Shown: positions 35,791-50,345, counted from the stretch's first letter. The stretch is 64,000 bases of DNA from the human T2T-CHM13v2.0 reference genome, Homo sapiens (GCF_009914755.1 NC_060929.1); one strand, 5' to 3'. Program-made: numbers and translations. Notes: generated by a model from the sequence alone, not told the origin.

Positions 35791-38700
35791 TTGCAGTAAT
35801 ATTTGCAAGGACAGTATTTTTAATATTCCTAAATGTCCTTTAGAGATTGAGGCCAAGATGATCAGTTGTTAACCTGACTGGCTAATTCACTGGTTGAGAA
35901 AGAAAGGCCATGAACAATATTTCTGTACTCCAAAGCAAAGCTGGAATGCATAACAATATAGAAGGTAACTAGCAATGATGAATTTTTTTACCTTTTTTTT
36001 TTCCGGCAGAACATGTACAACACCCTAGTAAATCAGAGAGCAAGATATTTGAAGGGAGATTAAAAGGATCTTCCTAATGGTATCTGATTCAGCTCCACAT
36101 TGCATATGCTTCATAAAGAATCATATAAAAGTGGGTAATTCTTTGATTGTCTTTGTAATACTTAGAAGGAGATGTAGGTGTGGTTGGTCCATTGCCAGAA
36201 AGCAAGTTTGTCCATTCACCATTTATGAGTATTCATGGGGCCCCAAGAATTGTGGAGGGGCATGAGTATCCAGGTATCACACCAGGGAGATGCTGAGTAT
36301 GTTGCTGTAAGAGGATTTGGGCTCCGCTTATTCACAATAAGTCATCTGCTAGCAAAACAGCCTTAAGGATATTGACTCCCTCTCAGGGGCAAAACTTTAA
36401 AAGGCTACTATGATAATGAAGGCTTTGAATATTTGCTCTAACTTCCTGTGAAGGGATGAATAGAAGAAGGAAAGAAGGAGAAGAGGAGAAAAGAAAGTCT
36501 CATTTTGCCACAGGACAGAAAAAGAATGTCTGCAGAGTCTGGGGGGATAGAGGGGGCAGCGTGAAGTGATATTAAGATGAGACCCCCAAGATACAAATCC
36601 TAAGCCTGAAGGCAGGTGGGGGCTCTGAGCAGTTTCAAACTTTTCCTTCCTCAGTTTCAGTCCATACAATGAAATGAGGAAAACAGTGGATGTCTCTGGT
36701 ACTTCACAGAGATATGGCCAGAGTATGATGCCATGAGAATACTGAGGTTTTGTAATAAGGCCAATACCTATTATTTCAGCATGCAGTGATGAAGCTGTCA
36801 TGACTATTTATTTTGAGAGGAGCTCGGATTGCTTAAGGGCTATCATTCTTCCATCATGGCCACATGAGGCAAAAGTGGGTGTCATTTTACCACGTCTTGT
36901 TTCAGATTCTGCAGCTGACAAGGATATGGGAACTTGTTCTTGACCAGAAACTGTGATTATGGAGGGGCCAAAATTATTGCTCACATCTGTGGATCTGTGG
37001 CTCTGTGGATTCTACATATTGCAGAAAGAGCAAATCTCTTCTTCAGCCTCAAGGCTCTCTGGAGCTGGCTGCTCTACGTGGTTGTGCCCGGTGAGGCTCC
37101 CGGGCATTGCTAGTATGGGCAAGGAGGTAGTGGAACTAGCTGGGGTGTGCTGGGGTGTGCAGAACCACATGAGGTGGTTCTGCAGGTGTCACTGTACCAG
37201 GGCCTGGAGGAGCATCTCCCTACAGAGCAGAGGGAGCACAAAGGAGACCCCTGCCTACAAAACTACTGTAGTTTTTCCTACAAAACTACTCTTTTAAAAC
37301 CTGAGCCAACCATTATAAATGGAACATTTCACTTACAAACACAGATTTCCTGCTTCTCTTGAAAGGTCAGCCGACCTGAAGACATTGGATGTGCATCCTC
37401 TCATGAAGTTGCTGTCCATTTGCTTCAGTTCCCACTTGCCTGCTCCAGTCCCTTCTGATACCTGCTGGAGCTCATAGTGGACTTCAGGGAAGAAAAAAGC
37501 GGCCTCCTGGGTGGGAGGTGCCCTCTGCTGCCCCACCCCAACCCCTTTAGAAACAGAACTGGGAACAGAGCACACCGTTAAAAAGAGACCGGGGACTGTT
37601 GGGCAGCATGGTTTTCCACACACTCCCCTCTCCCTCTGAAGAAGCAGATGACAGCAGCGAAGATGCACTGAGCTGCTGAGAAGAGTGGATCTGGACGCCA
37701 CAGCGTTTCCTATTACACACGAGCTCCACGAGAACAATGTAGGCCTGAAGCTTTCCTGAATGGCGGAGCTTGTCCAGGTTTGCCTTCCCAAGTGGAGCAG
37801 CAGCACAGCTGGGACTCTGCGGGGTTGGTCCTTAGGCTTTAATTGGAGCAAGGCATTCAGCCCTCCCTGCCTCTTCAGTGAGCACTGCCAGTTTTCAAGG
37901 ACCCCTGGGACACCTCTTCAGGAGGGAGACAGGAGGAGAGGCACTTCTGTTGCCTGAATCCCCATGGCTTCTGACATTGGCTTTTTTTTTTTTTTTTTTT
38001 TGCGCTGGAAATATTTTGCATCTGGACGCATCCTGTGCTGCTCTCAGCTAGCTCTTTACAATTCTGCGGCTGTCATGTCTTTTCTGGCTAGGGTGGCTGC
38101 GGCTGCTCTGAGGCCTTCTGATAGTTCTTGTTTACCTCCAGGAGGTATTCATTCTTTTAAGACAGGATTATGTAGCACACTCAGCTCTGTGCAAGCTGTT
38201 ACATTCTTTTCCTGAGGCTAGGCAGCGTCTCCTCCAATTCCCAGGCCTCAGAATGCAAAGAGCCTCCTGAGCCTCCTTCTAGGTTGCACTCTGTCCCCAG
38301 AAGGCCCCTACCTCAGGGGGTAACCGAGTATCTGTTTCCACTCTTTTAGAAGCTGGCTTTATGAGGAAGAAAGGCCAGGAAGGGTGAGGTCAAGTGTCCT
38401 TGCAAGAGTCAGGGAGAAAATGCTGCCAATTTCTGAAAAGCTAAACACCAATTTGGGAGTCATGCCATAGAACCTGCCTGCAGTTAATGTTCCAGGCAGG
38501 CAAAAGCAGCTCATGGCTGTCTGGGAGCATAGGGTTCTGCTTCTCAGAAAGGAAGAATGGAGGAGGTTTATCTTCCTGGAGCACAAGTTAGTAACTATTT
38601 TTGGATCATGATTCTCCCAAGATATAAGAAAGCTACGGGCCTTATAAGGTCCCAGTAGAGACCAACAGGGGACTAATAAGGTTCCCAAGAGGGATTCTCA

Positions 38701-39934
38701 TTGGTACAGACACAATACACATGAGGCAGACACATCCCAAATAATTTCAGGAAGTTCTTGGACCCATTCACACCTGATCAAAGCTCAGGTGGGGGTCTGG
38801 AGCCCAGGAAAAATTTCTAGTTTTTGTTGGTGGGTGGCACAAAGCCCCAAAGGGCAACTCTTCCCTCCTCAAGCCAAGCAGAGGAGGCCATTTTCTGGGT
38901 AATTTAGGTAGAACCTCCTCTCCCTCCCTCAGTATTTCTTTACACTTGGAATTCAAACCAAAAGTATGTTGCTTGCCAGGTAAGTGGCACCTTCTCTGCT
39001 GGCCCTAGACTCCTAGGAACCACAGCCATAGGTTTATGCACAGCTCCTGCTGGAGAGGGCTCTGCAATGCTGTGAGGACATGCTCTAATCAACTGAGATT
39101 TATGAACTAGAAAATAAATCCTGCAGCACTGACTCTGTGTTTGGCCTATGATAATAAGGGTCCCTTATGGCCTTGAAGCTGATGTCTTTGCACTGATTTA
39201 TCATGCAGACTGTGGGGAGCCATAGGCCCCCTCTGCTAGCAGAGAAAGGAAGCCTTCTTGGCTACATTTTGAGTACATTTCTCTCCCAGTGGCAGGACAA
39301 GCTTCATGGACCCAGACCAAATCCCTTGGCAGTGTTGCTGGTGGTGGCCTTGGCTTGGGGCTGTCTATCAGCTCCAGCACCTGGCCAGAGGCCTGGGGCC
39401 AGGCCAGCGATGGGAGGACACTGGATGGGCAACATGAGGTGGTTCTGCAGGCTTCACTGTACCTGGAGAGTTACGGCCCAAAGCCTCAGGGCCAGCCAGA
39501 AGGGGGAAAAGGGGTTCCAGTCACACTAAGTTGGGACCCAGATTTGGCCATAGGCAAAGCTGCAGAGCCTGAATTCATTTGTTCTTAACTCTTCCGGCTT
39601 CTTTCTCAGCCACCTCTGTGACCACCTGCTTAAATGTATATTCCTCCCGAGGACTGCCCAGCTGCTTTTTGGAAGAGCCCCCACTTTGCTCAGCTCCCAC
39701 AGCACCCCATACCTCCCTCAAAACATGCACGTTAGTAAAGTTCTTGCTTCAGAATTGAAAGGTGCTTCCACATTTGAGCTTCAAAATGGACCTGTGAAGT
39801 AGACAGACTTAGTCCCTGCCTACCTTTTCCCCCAAACTCACCCCTGATTTTACAGATAAGGGATTCAAGATGGTGAGAAGGCAGGGAGTTGGTGTTCATT
39901 ACACAAAGGTGTGACTTCTGCACAGCCTTTCTTT

Positions 39935-40095
39935 TGGAGTGAAAAGGGCCTGGATTCAAATTGAGGCCTTGCCCCTGGCTTGCAAGGTTGCCTCTTTAAA
40001 GTTTTTTGGACTATTCTAAGTGTTTTCTTTTTTTAATCTATAAAATAGGGATAATATAATACATTGGGACTAATATGAAGATTAAATTAGACAAC
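39935..40095 (+). mobile_element. MIR fragment
   Basis: CCTGGATTCAAAT..TCTATAAAATAGGGATAAT..TGAAGATTAAATTAGACAA. Confidence 0.55.
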
Positions 40096-40599
40096 ATAGC
40101 AGGCGTTCAATCATGGGGGTCATACTGGCTGTATCTTCCACAGCCCACACACCGTGTTGTTTTATTTTTTGTTGGTCATATGCCACTCATATGCCATATC
40201 TTTCCAGGGCCATTTACCATTAATGATAACCCAATGTGAGCATTTCCCAGGGTCCACACTGAAAGGCCCCAGACTCATTTATTTTGTTTCTATGCTACTT
40301 TAAGTAGCATGAACACAAAGGCACTTTCCATTCTCATTGATGTGGCAAATCACTTTGTGCATATTGCCAGAATCTCCTTGATTACTCTTAGGTATGGGTT
40401 GGTGGAATATGTTAATATCAAGGCAGACAGAGCAGAGCTAAACATTTCATATTTTCACAATATACATTTTTTTCTTTTAACCCAGAACTCTCTATTAAAG
40501 CCTCGTATGACCTCCTGTCCTTTGAGTTTGCAGTTGTCAATTCTACCTCCCATACTCCCACTGTCACAGGTTGGTCAGTCCTCTGATCACACACTTGGC

Positions 40600-41055
40600 A
40601 CTCCGTATCACCTACAGAATCAAGTCTCAATCCTTAGTTTGTCTTCTCAACTGTACAAACATTCTGCTTAAGTGGCCAAACACAATCTATGATGCCCACC
40701 AAAGGATGCTCTTTCCTCCTGCTGTTCACTCCATCCGCTATGCCTTCTTCACCAGCATCCCCACTGCCCTGCCTTCCCAGATAGAATTTCCTTTCCAAAG
40801 TCCTCTCTCATCCATAGCTCAAAGCAACCTCCCTCCCTCAGAAGCCCCTAGCACTTAATTGTGTCTTTCGTATACTATTTAATCACTTTCTACTTTGGAG
40901 AGTATTCATTTATTCTAATCTACCTGGTTTAGCACCTCTCTCATGGAAATCTCCTTGAAGGCAAATTCCCTGCCTTATTTATCTTTGTAGCCTCATGATA
41001 CCAAGCACAATACCCTTCACATGTTTTCAGATGAATTAGTGAATTAAATAGATAG
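40600..41055 (+). mobile_element. L2 3' region
   Basis: CACCTACAGAATCAAGTC..CTCCCTCAGAAGCCCCT..CTCCTTGAAGGCA..TTATTTATCTTTGTAGC..GATGAATTAGTGAAT tail. Confidence 0.65.
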
Positions 41056-43667
41056 ATTAAAAATGTTTAAGTACGGAATAAAATGGTGGAACTAGTTTGA
41101 ATGATTGAAATGTGTGAATATACTTGAAGCAATGTAGTCATATTACTTTTAAGTATATGTCTTCAACTAGGCTGATCTAGTCTTGCTTTAGCCATATCTT
41201 TAGGGAACCTGTTTTAATGAATAATTAATTTATTATTAATATTATATACATAATTTATACGTACTTTGTGCTTCTAAAATACTTCCCAGCTCTTTGGAAT
41301 GTCTTTTCCCCCCAAAGTATTTTCATATTTCTATTGAAAATAGAAATCTGGTTTACACTATTAATTTTTTGTTCCATAGATTGTGCATAGATATTTCAGC
41401 CCAACTCCTGTCTGAATGACCAAAATACATTTGGCAAAACACCAGTCCTGAGAGAAGCTCCATGAGAACAATGTATTTTGTGATCAAATACTTTTAGGAA
41501 ATAGTGTGTCCTGTTCCTTCCTCTTGGAGATTGCCATGTACTAGTTTTCTATAGGAATGCTGCTTTATTGGGTTCCACAGTAGGGAGGTTTTCGTTTTTA
41601 CTGACCTCTTATCTATATGAGTAGGCTTCCTCTTCAATGCAGTCACCATTTGTTGGACTAGAGGGTGTGGATTCATTTCTGAAGGCCCCTTCCTGCTCAC
41701 ACTGTGTCCCCCATAGAGGGGACAGACAGAGCTCTCCCTATTCCACTCAGCTCCACTCACTGCCGCCCTTGCCATGCCCACCTCCCACCACAGGCAAATT
41801 GCAGTCTCCCACCTTCCCTTCCAAGCCTTTCTAGTAGGTAATTTTAGGTTAAACCATATGAAATTGACAGTAGTCGATCATCTTGTTATCCTAAAAATGG
41901 CAGTTTCACATAGTTCAATTCAATGCTTCTTCTCTCGCTTCAGTGACACTCCATTCAGGGTAATGGACAAGATGGAGTTTGCAGAGGCGAGGAAAACACC
42001 TGTTCTGTATGGGTGCCTCTCACACCACCTCTCTGATCATCTTCTTCAGCTCCCTTTTTGGAAGCTCCTCTTCTCATTCCTCAGGTAAGAATGTTTTCCA
42101 CAGCTCCACTTCATTTGGTCCTTGCCTCTTAATACTCAGAGCTCTTCCCCTCACAGTTTCAACTGGCCACTTCGCAGACCCCACAGCTAACCTCACTCTC
42201 TCCTGAGATACAGCCCTACATTTTACACTGCCAAGGAGGCACTGCCATAGTCTTGCACAGAGGAAAAGAATGTGATGGTTGTGTCCCACCCTGCGATGGC
42301 CCCCACCCACCAAGACCAGAGTGTGGATGGACTGGCACACCTTTCTTCCGCTAGAGACATAGCTGAGGCCCCTGCTCCCCCACCCCCAAAAGGTGTCATG
42401 GTTCAATGGCTCTGTGTCCTTCATACAAGTCCCTTCAGGCAGTGACTGTCAGGCAGAGGGTAAATCTCTTTCTACAGACAGGAAACTGAGGCACTGAGGA
42501 GTAAAACACCTATTAAGCATAGCAGACAAGGCAGGAGCCTTGCTCAAGGCCAGAGCTCAAGCAATATTAGCTTGAATTAAAAAAAAAACAAACAGTGAAT
42601 TAAAAACCAGCTCTCTTGTTGGTAATGGCATAATTATCATGTGATCATGTGATCACTGCCTACAATATGATTTGAGGGGCCCCAGGAGACCGTGAGGCCT
42701 TGCCCAGTGGGGAATGGGTTCCATAACCAAGTGGACAAATCATGCTGGACACATCAGAACACATTTCTGGCTTCAGCTACCTGAGGAATGAAATATTCTC
42801 ATATGTGTGGTGGTCATATTTTATGCAACAGATGCTGTTTTGAGGGTCTTGCATAACTCAAGACAAATTTTCCCATAGCAATAAATGTAAAGTGGGATGT
42901 GTTCCAGGAGAACATAAATCTCTAATTATTGTGTTGCCTTTTTGCTTTAAAGCTGCTTTTTATTTTCTTAGCATTATTTTTAATAATTTGCAGAGCCTTT
43001 TCCCACATTAACAGCATATCAGAGAGTGAGGATGGGCTTCATTGTGGCGTTTTACCACATGTAACTTCCTTCGCAAAGATTTTGATTTGGGAGAGATTTT
43101 TATCAGCTTTAGCATGAACATCCGCATTCAGGAGTCTTTTAGATGATACCACTCTAATAGATTTTTTAAAGATCATAAATTATATCAGTAAAGATTATAA
43201 TATTAGCAAAATAGTCACACAGATACTTACAAATTCTTTGCTATATGTAAACAGTAACAAGATTGACAGACGACAGAGCCTGGAAAAGGATGGCTGGCAT
43301 TTCTGTGGCCTAATGCATGGGAAAAGTATATACTGTTTCCAAGACCTTTGCCAGTCTTGGAATTCTGCAATTCTTGCTGGTTTTTTTTTTTTTTTAAATT
43401 TTGGAGGATTGTCATTGATTCCAATTCTGTGTATAATATGAGACTTTACCAATACTATTCTATATGGCATGGCTTCATAGCTGCACAATTAAAATCTTTA
43501 TGAAATGTGGTCATGCTGTGATAAGTAAAGAGGGCCACATGTGCCCTGTCATTTGGTCTCCACTGACAACAAGACAATGAAAACCAATAAACTGCCCCTT
43601 CTGCCCCCACTGCAAAACACCCAGGAGGGACATTCTAAGTGTGTGGATTCCCTGAATAGCTCTAGGG

Positions 43668-43845
43668 CAGGGGCTCTCAAAATGTGGTCCCTGATCAGCA
43701 ACATTAGGCCCCACTGCGGGTCTAGTTGCAATGGAGATTCTGATTCAGTACTGCTGAGGTGGAGACTGAGAGATTCTGCCTTCCTCATGAGCCCTCAAGG
43801 GATGCAGATGCTGCTGGTCCACGGACCACACTTTGAGTAGCAAGG
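43668..43845. mobile_element. MER5A (hAT-Charlie MITE)
   Basis: CTCTCAAAATGTGGTCC..GATTCTGATTCAGTA..GATGCTGCTGGTCCACGGACCACACTTTGAGTAG. Confidence 0.85.
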
Positions 43846-45134
43846 CTGTGGAGTGCTTTGGGGGCCCTTCTCTGCCTCCCATAGCTCTTCACTTGCAAGT
43901 TCCTAAATCTACCTTTATTGTACCATTAAAAAAAAAAGGTTTAATGCAGCTGAAGTAACAGTATCAGTGATGAATTCTTCCTCAGGACAAAATAACTGAT
44001 GACTTGCAAAGCACTCTCTCTTTTTGATGATGGAGGGAGGATGAGGGCCCTGACTTTGACCTGGGCGGGAAGCCTGATAAAGGAGTCTAGGTAAGCCGGA
44101 ATCACTTTTGAAGACTTGACTGATCATTCTGTGCAGGGCCAGCCGAACACGTACTAGGGACCACTGCAGCTTAGAATGTCTCAAGTTTCGTGCTGCTTTT
44201 GTTATTTAATATGTCTGACTTCATATAAAGGAGCTTTGTTTAGGGGTGTGAGCTAATTGAGCATCAAGGTATATGATATAGACATTGCCCTCAAGGAATG
44301 TAATGGAATTTTTAACTGTTTCCAGAACAAGACTTAAGCAAACGATCTCTGTTCAGAAACCACAGCGATTCGTTTTCCGTTTTTAAGTACTTTTTCATTC
44401 TAGACAGAGAAGTTGAAAATCATGAAGGAGCATGCTTTCTTCTCCAAAAGCCATGGGTCCATTCTGTGTCAGAATATATTCACCTTCTTGGGGAAATGAG
44501 ATGACAACTAATTTTCACATAAAATTCATTTTGTTATTTACACAAAGTCCAGCAGGCAATATGCAGTGACGAAGTAGCTGTGCGTGGGATTACTGAGATT
44601 GATTTTTCTTCTTTAAACATCCCTTTAACTGTGGATTTAATGATGTTTATACAGTAAAAAACATTCATTTTAGAAGGCCAAATAGTCTCTGAACTGTTTC
44701 TATTGTGCATTGTATTGGTAGGGATAGAATAAGCTCATTATTCCCATACAGTCAGGAGAGCGGAAAGTGATTAAACCTTTTGATAAGAAGATAAATGATA
44801 GGAAATCCATCTGAAAGCCCACACTGCCCCGAGTCAGAGTTTCCACATGGAGCTAGCACAAAGCCTTCCTTCTGTGCAGGGCGCCCTGGGCAGCCTCATC
44901 CTTCCAGCTGTTGTCCCACGTTGGCTGTGACACTTCTAGAGATTCACACCTGGGGCAGTAGTGTTTCCTGAAAGCAAGACCCCGGAGACTAGGCCAGGCT
45001 CCTTGCTATGCTCCACTTCAATACTCATCACTCTTGGGAGGATTTGTTGAATGTGTGCTTCCCTGGTGCTATGTACTCCCAGATGTCAGAGATTGTGTCT
45101 CATCTGCACAGTCTGTCACATGAGGGTATTTGCT

Positions 45135-45220
45135 GGGTGGATGGATGGATGGATGGATGGATGAATTGATGGATAGAAGGACAGACATATGGACAGACAG
45201 GTGGAAGGAAGGATGGATGG
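45135..45220. repeat. (GGAT)n-rich tetranucleotide repeat, probably an L2 tail derivative
   Basis: Read directly. Confidence 0.85.
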
Positions 45221-45950
45221 AACCTTATCAAGCTTTAAAGAAGTCTTCATTGAATGCTTGGCCCTAGGCCAGACCTCTAGTTCTAGGGCTGGTAAATGGT
45301 AAACTTGGACATAGTCCTGCCTTCTCATTAGACTAGTAAGCTGCATAAGTCCCTTGCCCCTCCAAGGCATAGGCTTCTCATTGGGGAAGTCAGGGGAAGC
45401 CCATCTTTCTCAGGAAGTTTGTGTGACCACAGTGATTTATGTGATGATGCATTGAAAATTATATCCATCCATCCCTATGCTGTCAAACAGCTTGAACCAC
45501 CTTCAGCGTGTCCATTTCTGGCCCCAGAACTTTCGTTCAGGGCCTTGAAGGCACTCAGGGCACGCGGACCCTCCAGCTCCCAACTCCCTCTCACTTCATC
45601 TCAGGCCATGGCAGAGCGAGATATGAACTGCCAATCCCAAGTTTAATCTCCATTAAGCAAGGAGTTGAGTTCAGAGATTACAGAAATCCCTCTCTGTTTG
45701 TGTCAGAGCGCACCTACCCACCATTGCTGTACTTTCACTCTTCCAGTAAGGGATTGAGGGATTCGACTTGGGACTGGCCAACCACCAGGATGAACTGATG
45801 CTTCACTGAAGCTTCAAAGTTTTGTGTAGCAGGGATACAGATTTTTAAACATCTAGTTGTCGTTTCTCTAAGGAAAACCTTTTTCTTTTCTTATGTACAA
45901 GAAAATAAACAAAACAAGAGAAAATCCCCAAACTTCACATTAGGATTTCT

Positions 45951-46022
45951 TTTGTTGTTTGTTTATATTTAATTCTATTTTATTTTAAGTTCCGGGATAC
46001 ATGTGCAGGACGTGCAGGTTTG
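45951..46022 (-). mobile_element. Ultra-short 5'-truncated L1PA 3' terminus
   Basis: TTTTATTTTAAGTTCCGGGATACATGTGCAGGACGTGCAGGTTTG is the antisense L1PA 3' end; flanked by a 15-bp TSD CACATTAGGATTTCT/CACATTAGACTTTCT. Confidence 0.85.
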
Positions 46023-49000
46023 CACATTAGACTTTCTACTTATGCTCTTGATCTCGTCTGACAAATTAACAACTTCGTCACTTCCGCAAGCCTTATTAAG
46101 CCCTCTTTACTTTTGGAATTAATTGTGATGGGTTGACAGAACTCCAGAGAGCATTGAAGAATAGATTTGACTCTATTGCCAGCTTACTCTAAATTTGTCT
46201 CACTCATGTGAAAGCAATGGCACTTTGTAATCTGGAATCAGGAATTTATCAAATTAGAGCTTTCTCTAGTGTCAGAGTAAATTAGAGCACAAATGATTTT
46301 TTTTGAATAATACTAATAAAATGAGGCTGATGGTTCCATTTGCTGTCTTGTATATGAAATGATCTTGTTTACATGAGTTTATTTTTAGCAGACTCTTTAC
46401 CTAAGAGTTCAGGATAAATTCAGTGTTTGGACCTAAATTTACCCTATTTATACAGGATAGTACATTTTAAAAAGAGATACATCAATGAAATTACTTTGTG
46501 CCTACGCAAATCTTTGGTTTAGGAATCAAAAGATATAAGTTCTAATCCTGGTTTTGCCATTTACTTCCTGGCTCTACGTCCAGAGGAGACATCTGCTGTT
46601 TTTGCCTGTCTATGGCCCTCCTCCCTGTTTCCAAGTAACAATAGCTCTTTCTCACTCATGGTCCATGTTTTCTTTGGAGCTGATTCCTCCAGCCTTAGGG
46701 ACATTCAGGGTCATGGTGATTAGTTTAGCACTGGACAATGCAATTTAATCTAGGTTAATGAAATTCAATCTGTGACTTTCACTGGAACTACTGAGAAGAG
46801 TAGTTAATTTCACTGAGACTACCCAGTTATTTAGACTATAAGGCTAGAGCCTCTGGTGGCCATTTTTTGTCACCTCATAGAAAGGCAAATGCATTACTAA
46901 GAAATGGAGAAATATACATTTTGGACATTAATTGAGCACCTGGCTGCGGCCATATCTGCAACGAGTAATGCTTGGACTTTCCAAATGTTAATAAATGATC
47001 CCTTTCCTCTCCAGTTTTCTTTTGTTCTCTCTCCTTTTCTCCCCTCTTTCCTTCCTTCTTTCTTTCCTTCCTTTCTTCCTGTTTCTGGTTTAATTTTGTC
47101 ATTTGCAATGAAAAGAATAGTGACCTTAGTAAATGCCTTAACCTCTCTGGGCTTTAGTATGTAATTGATAAAATAAAATGAAATGATTTTTTTTTTGTCT
47201 AAGAGTATTTATGACTCAAATATACATTCTAGTGAAGCACTTTTGGAAGTATATTTGTTCCAGGACACCGACTAAACATTCAAGGACTGCAAAGAGGCAA
47301 CACATCTCCAAATGTCTCTCAGCTCTGCCTCCAGGATCAGTGGCTTCATTGTCATTATGGGCCATCTCATATGTCCAGCTAGGTTGGTCAATTGACAAAA
47401 TGCTGTCACCAAATCACATCTGTACCAGAAGGTGGTAGCTTAATCATTGCTAACACACTGTAATCCCTGAAGAGGAAGTAACTGGTACATTGAATGACTT
47501 GAGCTCGGGAGAGTGCAGGCAGGTAATAATTTTATTCTTTCTCACTGTAGATAATTTTTCCCCACTCATGAGACAAATGATCAAGCAAATCCCGTGGATT
47601 TTCCTGTCATTCTTAGATAAGAAAAGGTTCTCTGGTCACTTTAAGTTATAAGAATAGTTTAATTTCAATAAACTATTCAGTCTGCCCTAATCATTAAAAC
47701 TTCAAACTTAATGCAAATCTTAAATCTTCTCTTTCCTCCCATCCTGGGCCTGAGCAGTAGGGGAGGGAGAATGGTTGGCTTCTTCTCCGTTTCCCCTCTG
47801 CCTTGTCCTTCTCCTCCTCCCTACATCACCAGGCTGCTTCAGGCTCCTGCGGGGCTTTGAGATGGTGGAGAGGAGACGTAAGGAATTGGAAACTGTCATA
47901 TTTCACTTCCATAGCCGTAACCCACGTTGTTACCTTCTGGTTGGACAGATTCCCAATGGAGACCTTTCGGTTGGTCTCTGTGTGGGTCATTCTCTCTTTG
48001 GAGACTTTAACTGCAGTGGAAATCACCTTTCCTCCTTCAGCCCTTGCTCATTCAGTGCCCCACTGGCCCTGTTGGGTCCCATCTCCCTTCCAGGTGGTCC
48101 ATATGAGACTGGTCTAAGATTTTGCCAAGCCAGCTCCCTTCCTAGGATCCCATATCTAATCCTTGAAAAACTGCCATCGAGGAAGTGTAATTGGCCCTCA
48201 ATCTACTCTCTCTACCCTGCCACCCAGGCTGTTTCAGCAAGCTTCTTGCCTGTGGGCTTCTTCAGGTGTGAGTCTGACCCCGCCTGCTGAAGGGGACACA
48301 GGTCAAGCTCTCCAAGTGGTTCTTTTAAAGCCTATCTCAGCTGGATTGAAAAGAGGGAAGTCACCCTTCCTTCTCAACCCCAATGCAGGGAGAGAGCATT
48401 TGTCCACAAGACTCAGAGCACACTCTCAACTCTCTTGGAAGGAAGGCAGCTTCCTTAACCCCAACCATGTTACAGCCTCTAGGCAGATTATGGCCAGGGG
48501 ACAAAACTTCATAATGGCTGCCATAGGTGGTCTAGAACTTCACTTTGGATTGGGGCTTTCTTGGCTTCTAATGTTCACTGATACTTCTCAGCCTCTGGAG
48601 CCTCAGCCAAAACTGAAACACAGTTGAGTCTCATTGTAACATCCCAGTCCATGCCTCATGGTTCATGTCAGAATTTTCTGGCTCTGCTTCTAACTGTAAG
48701 TGGAATGTTCTGGGTGGAGGAGTCTCCCATCCTATCCTTGGGATATTCCCCAAATCATCTCTGTCCAGGAACCAAGAGGATCTAGGCCACAGTGGTTCTA
48801 GGAATGAAAAGCATTTACCTTCCACAGGACTATTTCTTCAGATGCCTTTTCCTGTGTTTGGGAGAATTTCAGTCACATCTGATGGGACTTCTAGCCAATC
48901 TTACTCTAATATAAATTATTGGTCCTAACACTTTTGTAAGTCAGACTCACAAAAGGAGGCCCAGAGAAGTTAAGTAGCTCTCCCAAGGTCACACAGCAGA

Positions 49001-50139
49001 ACCGTGGCAAGAACCCAAACCACAACCACGAGTCTTTTACTCTGGCCTCTACACCTTGCAAACTCCTTCCTAAGCTCATTATCATCTGTTAAAATCCCAT
49101 CTCTCATTTTGCACACAGCAGCCGAGATGTCTGTGGATTCATATTAAAAAGAATGCAAACATTTCCAGAATTCATTTCCATTTCCATTTCCAGCTCTGAG
49201 GAGGTGTTAACTTCAGAGTACTTCGCTGATCATTTTTTTCTCCAGCAGTAATAATTGTTTTGAAGAACTTGACACACATTTCACCAGGGCTCAGTGCTAC
49301 TGAGGAGTCCGGGAGCAGTGAGGAACTGAATTCCAAGAGCTAAATTTGCATTGTGCTGCGCCTCTAGAGAAAGCCTAACACCCCAGTCCCATTAACAATA
49401 ATGATAGGTGTGTGCTAAGCTCTTCTTTTCATGCCAGAAATATATCTCATCCTTTGGGGATCTGTTCCGATCCTTGGCCCTTCTGTGCACCTAACCTCCA
49501 CAGCATTTGCTCTATAATTTATAAAAGATGTGTGTTGCACCTGGGTGCCTCAGAAAATTTAAAATAATTTAAAAGCATTCAACACAAGCGTTAAATTAAA
49601 GCCCCCCAAATCCCTTGCCTGACGAGTGTAATTAAACTCAGACCCACACAGGTGAGTCTTTGAGTACATCCTAGGGATCAGGAGGCCTGGGCTGGGTTTG
49701 AGGTAGGAGCAATTCCAGAGATTGGAGGCAGCGAATGATCATTCTGCAGGCAGCATGGCATACTAAGGGGAGACCAGGGAGTTTAAAGATAAAGCTAGAG
49801 AGAGCGCCATTATTCCAAGGTGCTCTTCAGTGTAACAGACATAATCTTCTTCATCTTACTACACCTGTCAAGGAGGCCCAGCTTCTACTGCCAGCAAGGT
49901 TCATATTGGCTTGCCCTCCAGCTTCTCAGCAGAGCAGGAACATGAAGGAGTCAGAGTTTCTCCTAGTGCTGGTCAGCTTGCTTAGCCAAGGGAGTCTTTG
50001 ATGTGCAAAGTACTTGAGGCTGGGATCTGAAAAATGTGCTAAAACATTAACAAAAACAACACTTCCCACCCTACCTTAGATTTTATTTTCTAGAGCAGTT
50101 ATTTTTAAGCCCAAGTCCCTGGAACCTTGGAGTGCCTTG

Positions 50140-50345
50140 AAAAGCACCAATTTTGGAATGAGAGGGACAGTGGTTTGAATCTTGGCCCTACCACCTACTA
50201 AGTGAGTGACCTCCAGCAAGTCACCTCACCCGCCTGCCTCAGTTTCCCAATCTGTAGGGGGCAAGAGGATAACAATGCCCATCCTGCAACAGCTGTCTTA
50301 ACAGTTAAACAAGATCACATATGTGACTCTGCCTGGCACAGGGCT
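50140..50345 (+). mobile_element. MIR SINE
   Basis: GGTTTGAATCTTGGCCCTACCACCTACTAAGTGAGTGACCT..GCCTCAGTTTCCCAATCTGTA. Confidence 0.8.

Noticed and set aside
37333-37851. Longest ORF (172 aa), plus ORFs 47775-48290, 48163-48627, 63513-63992 and 24681-25121
   Set aside because: No recognisable domain, Ser/Leu/Cys/Pro-rich random composition, mostly non-ATG starts and no exon structure; lengths are expected by chance.
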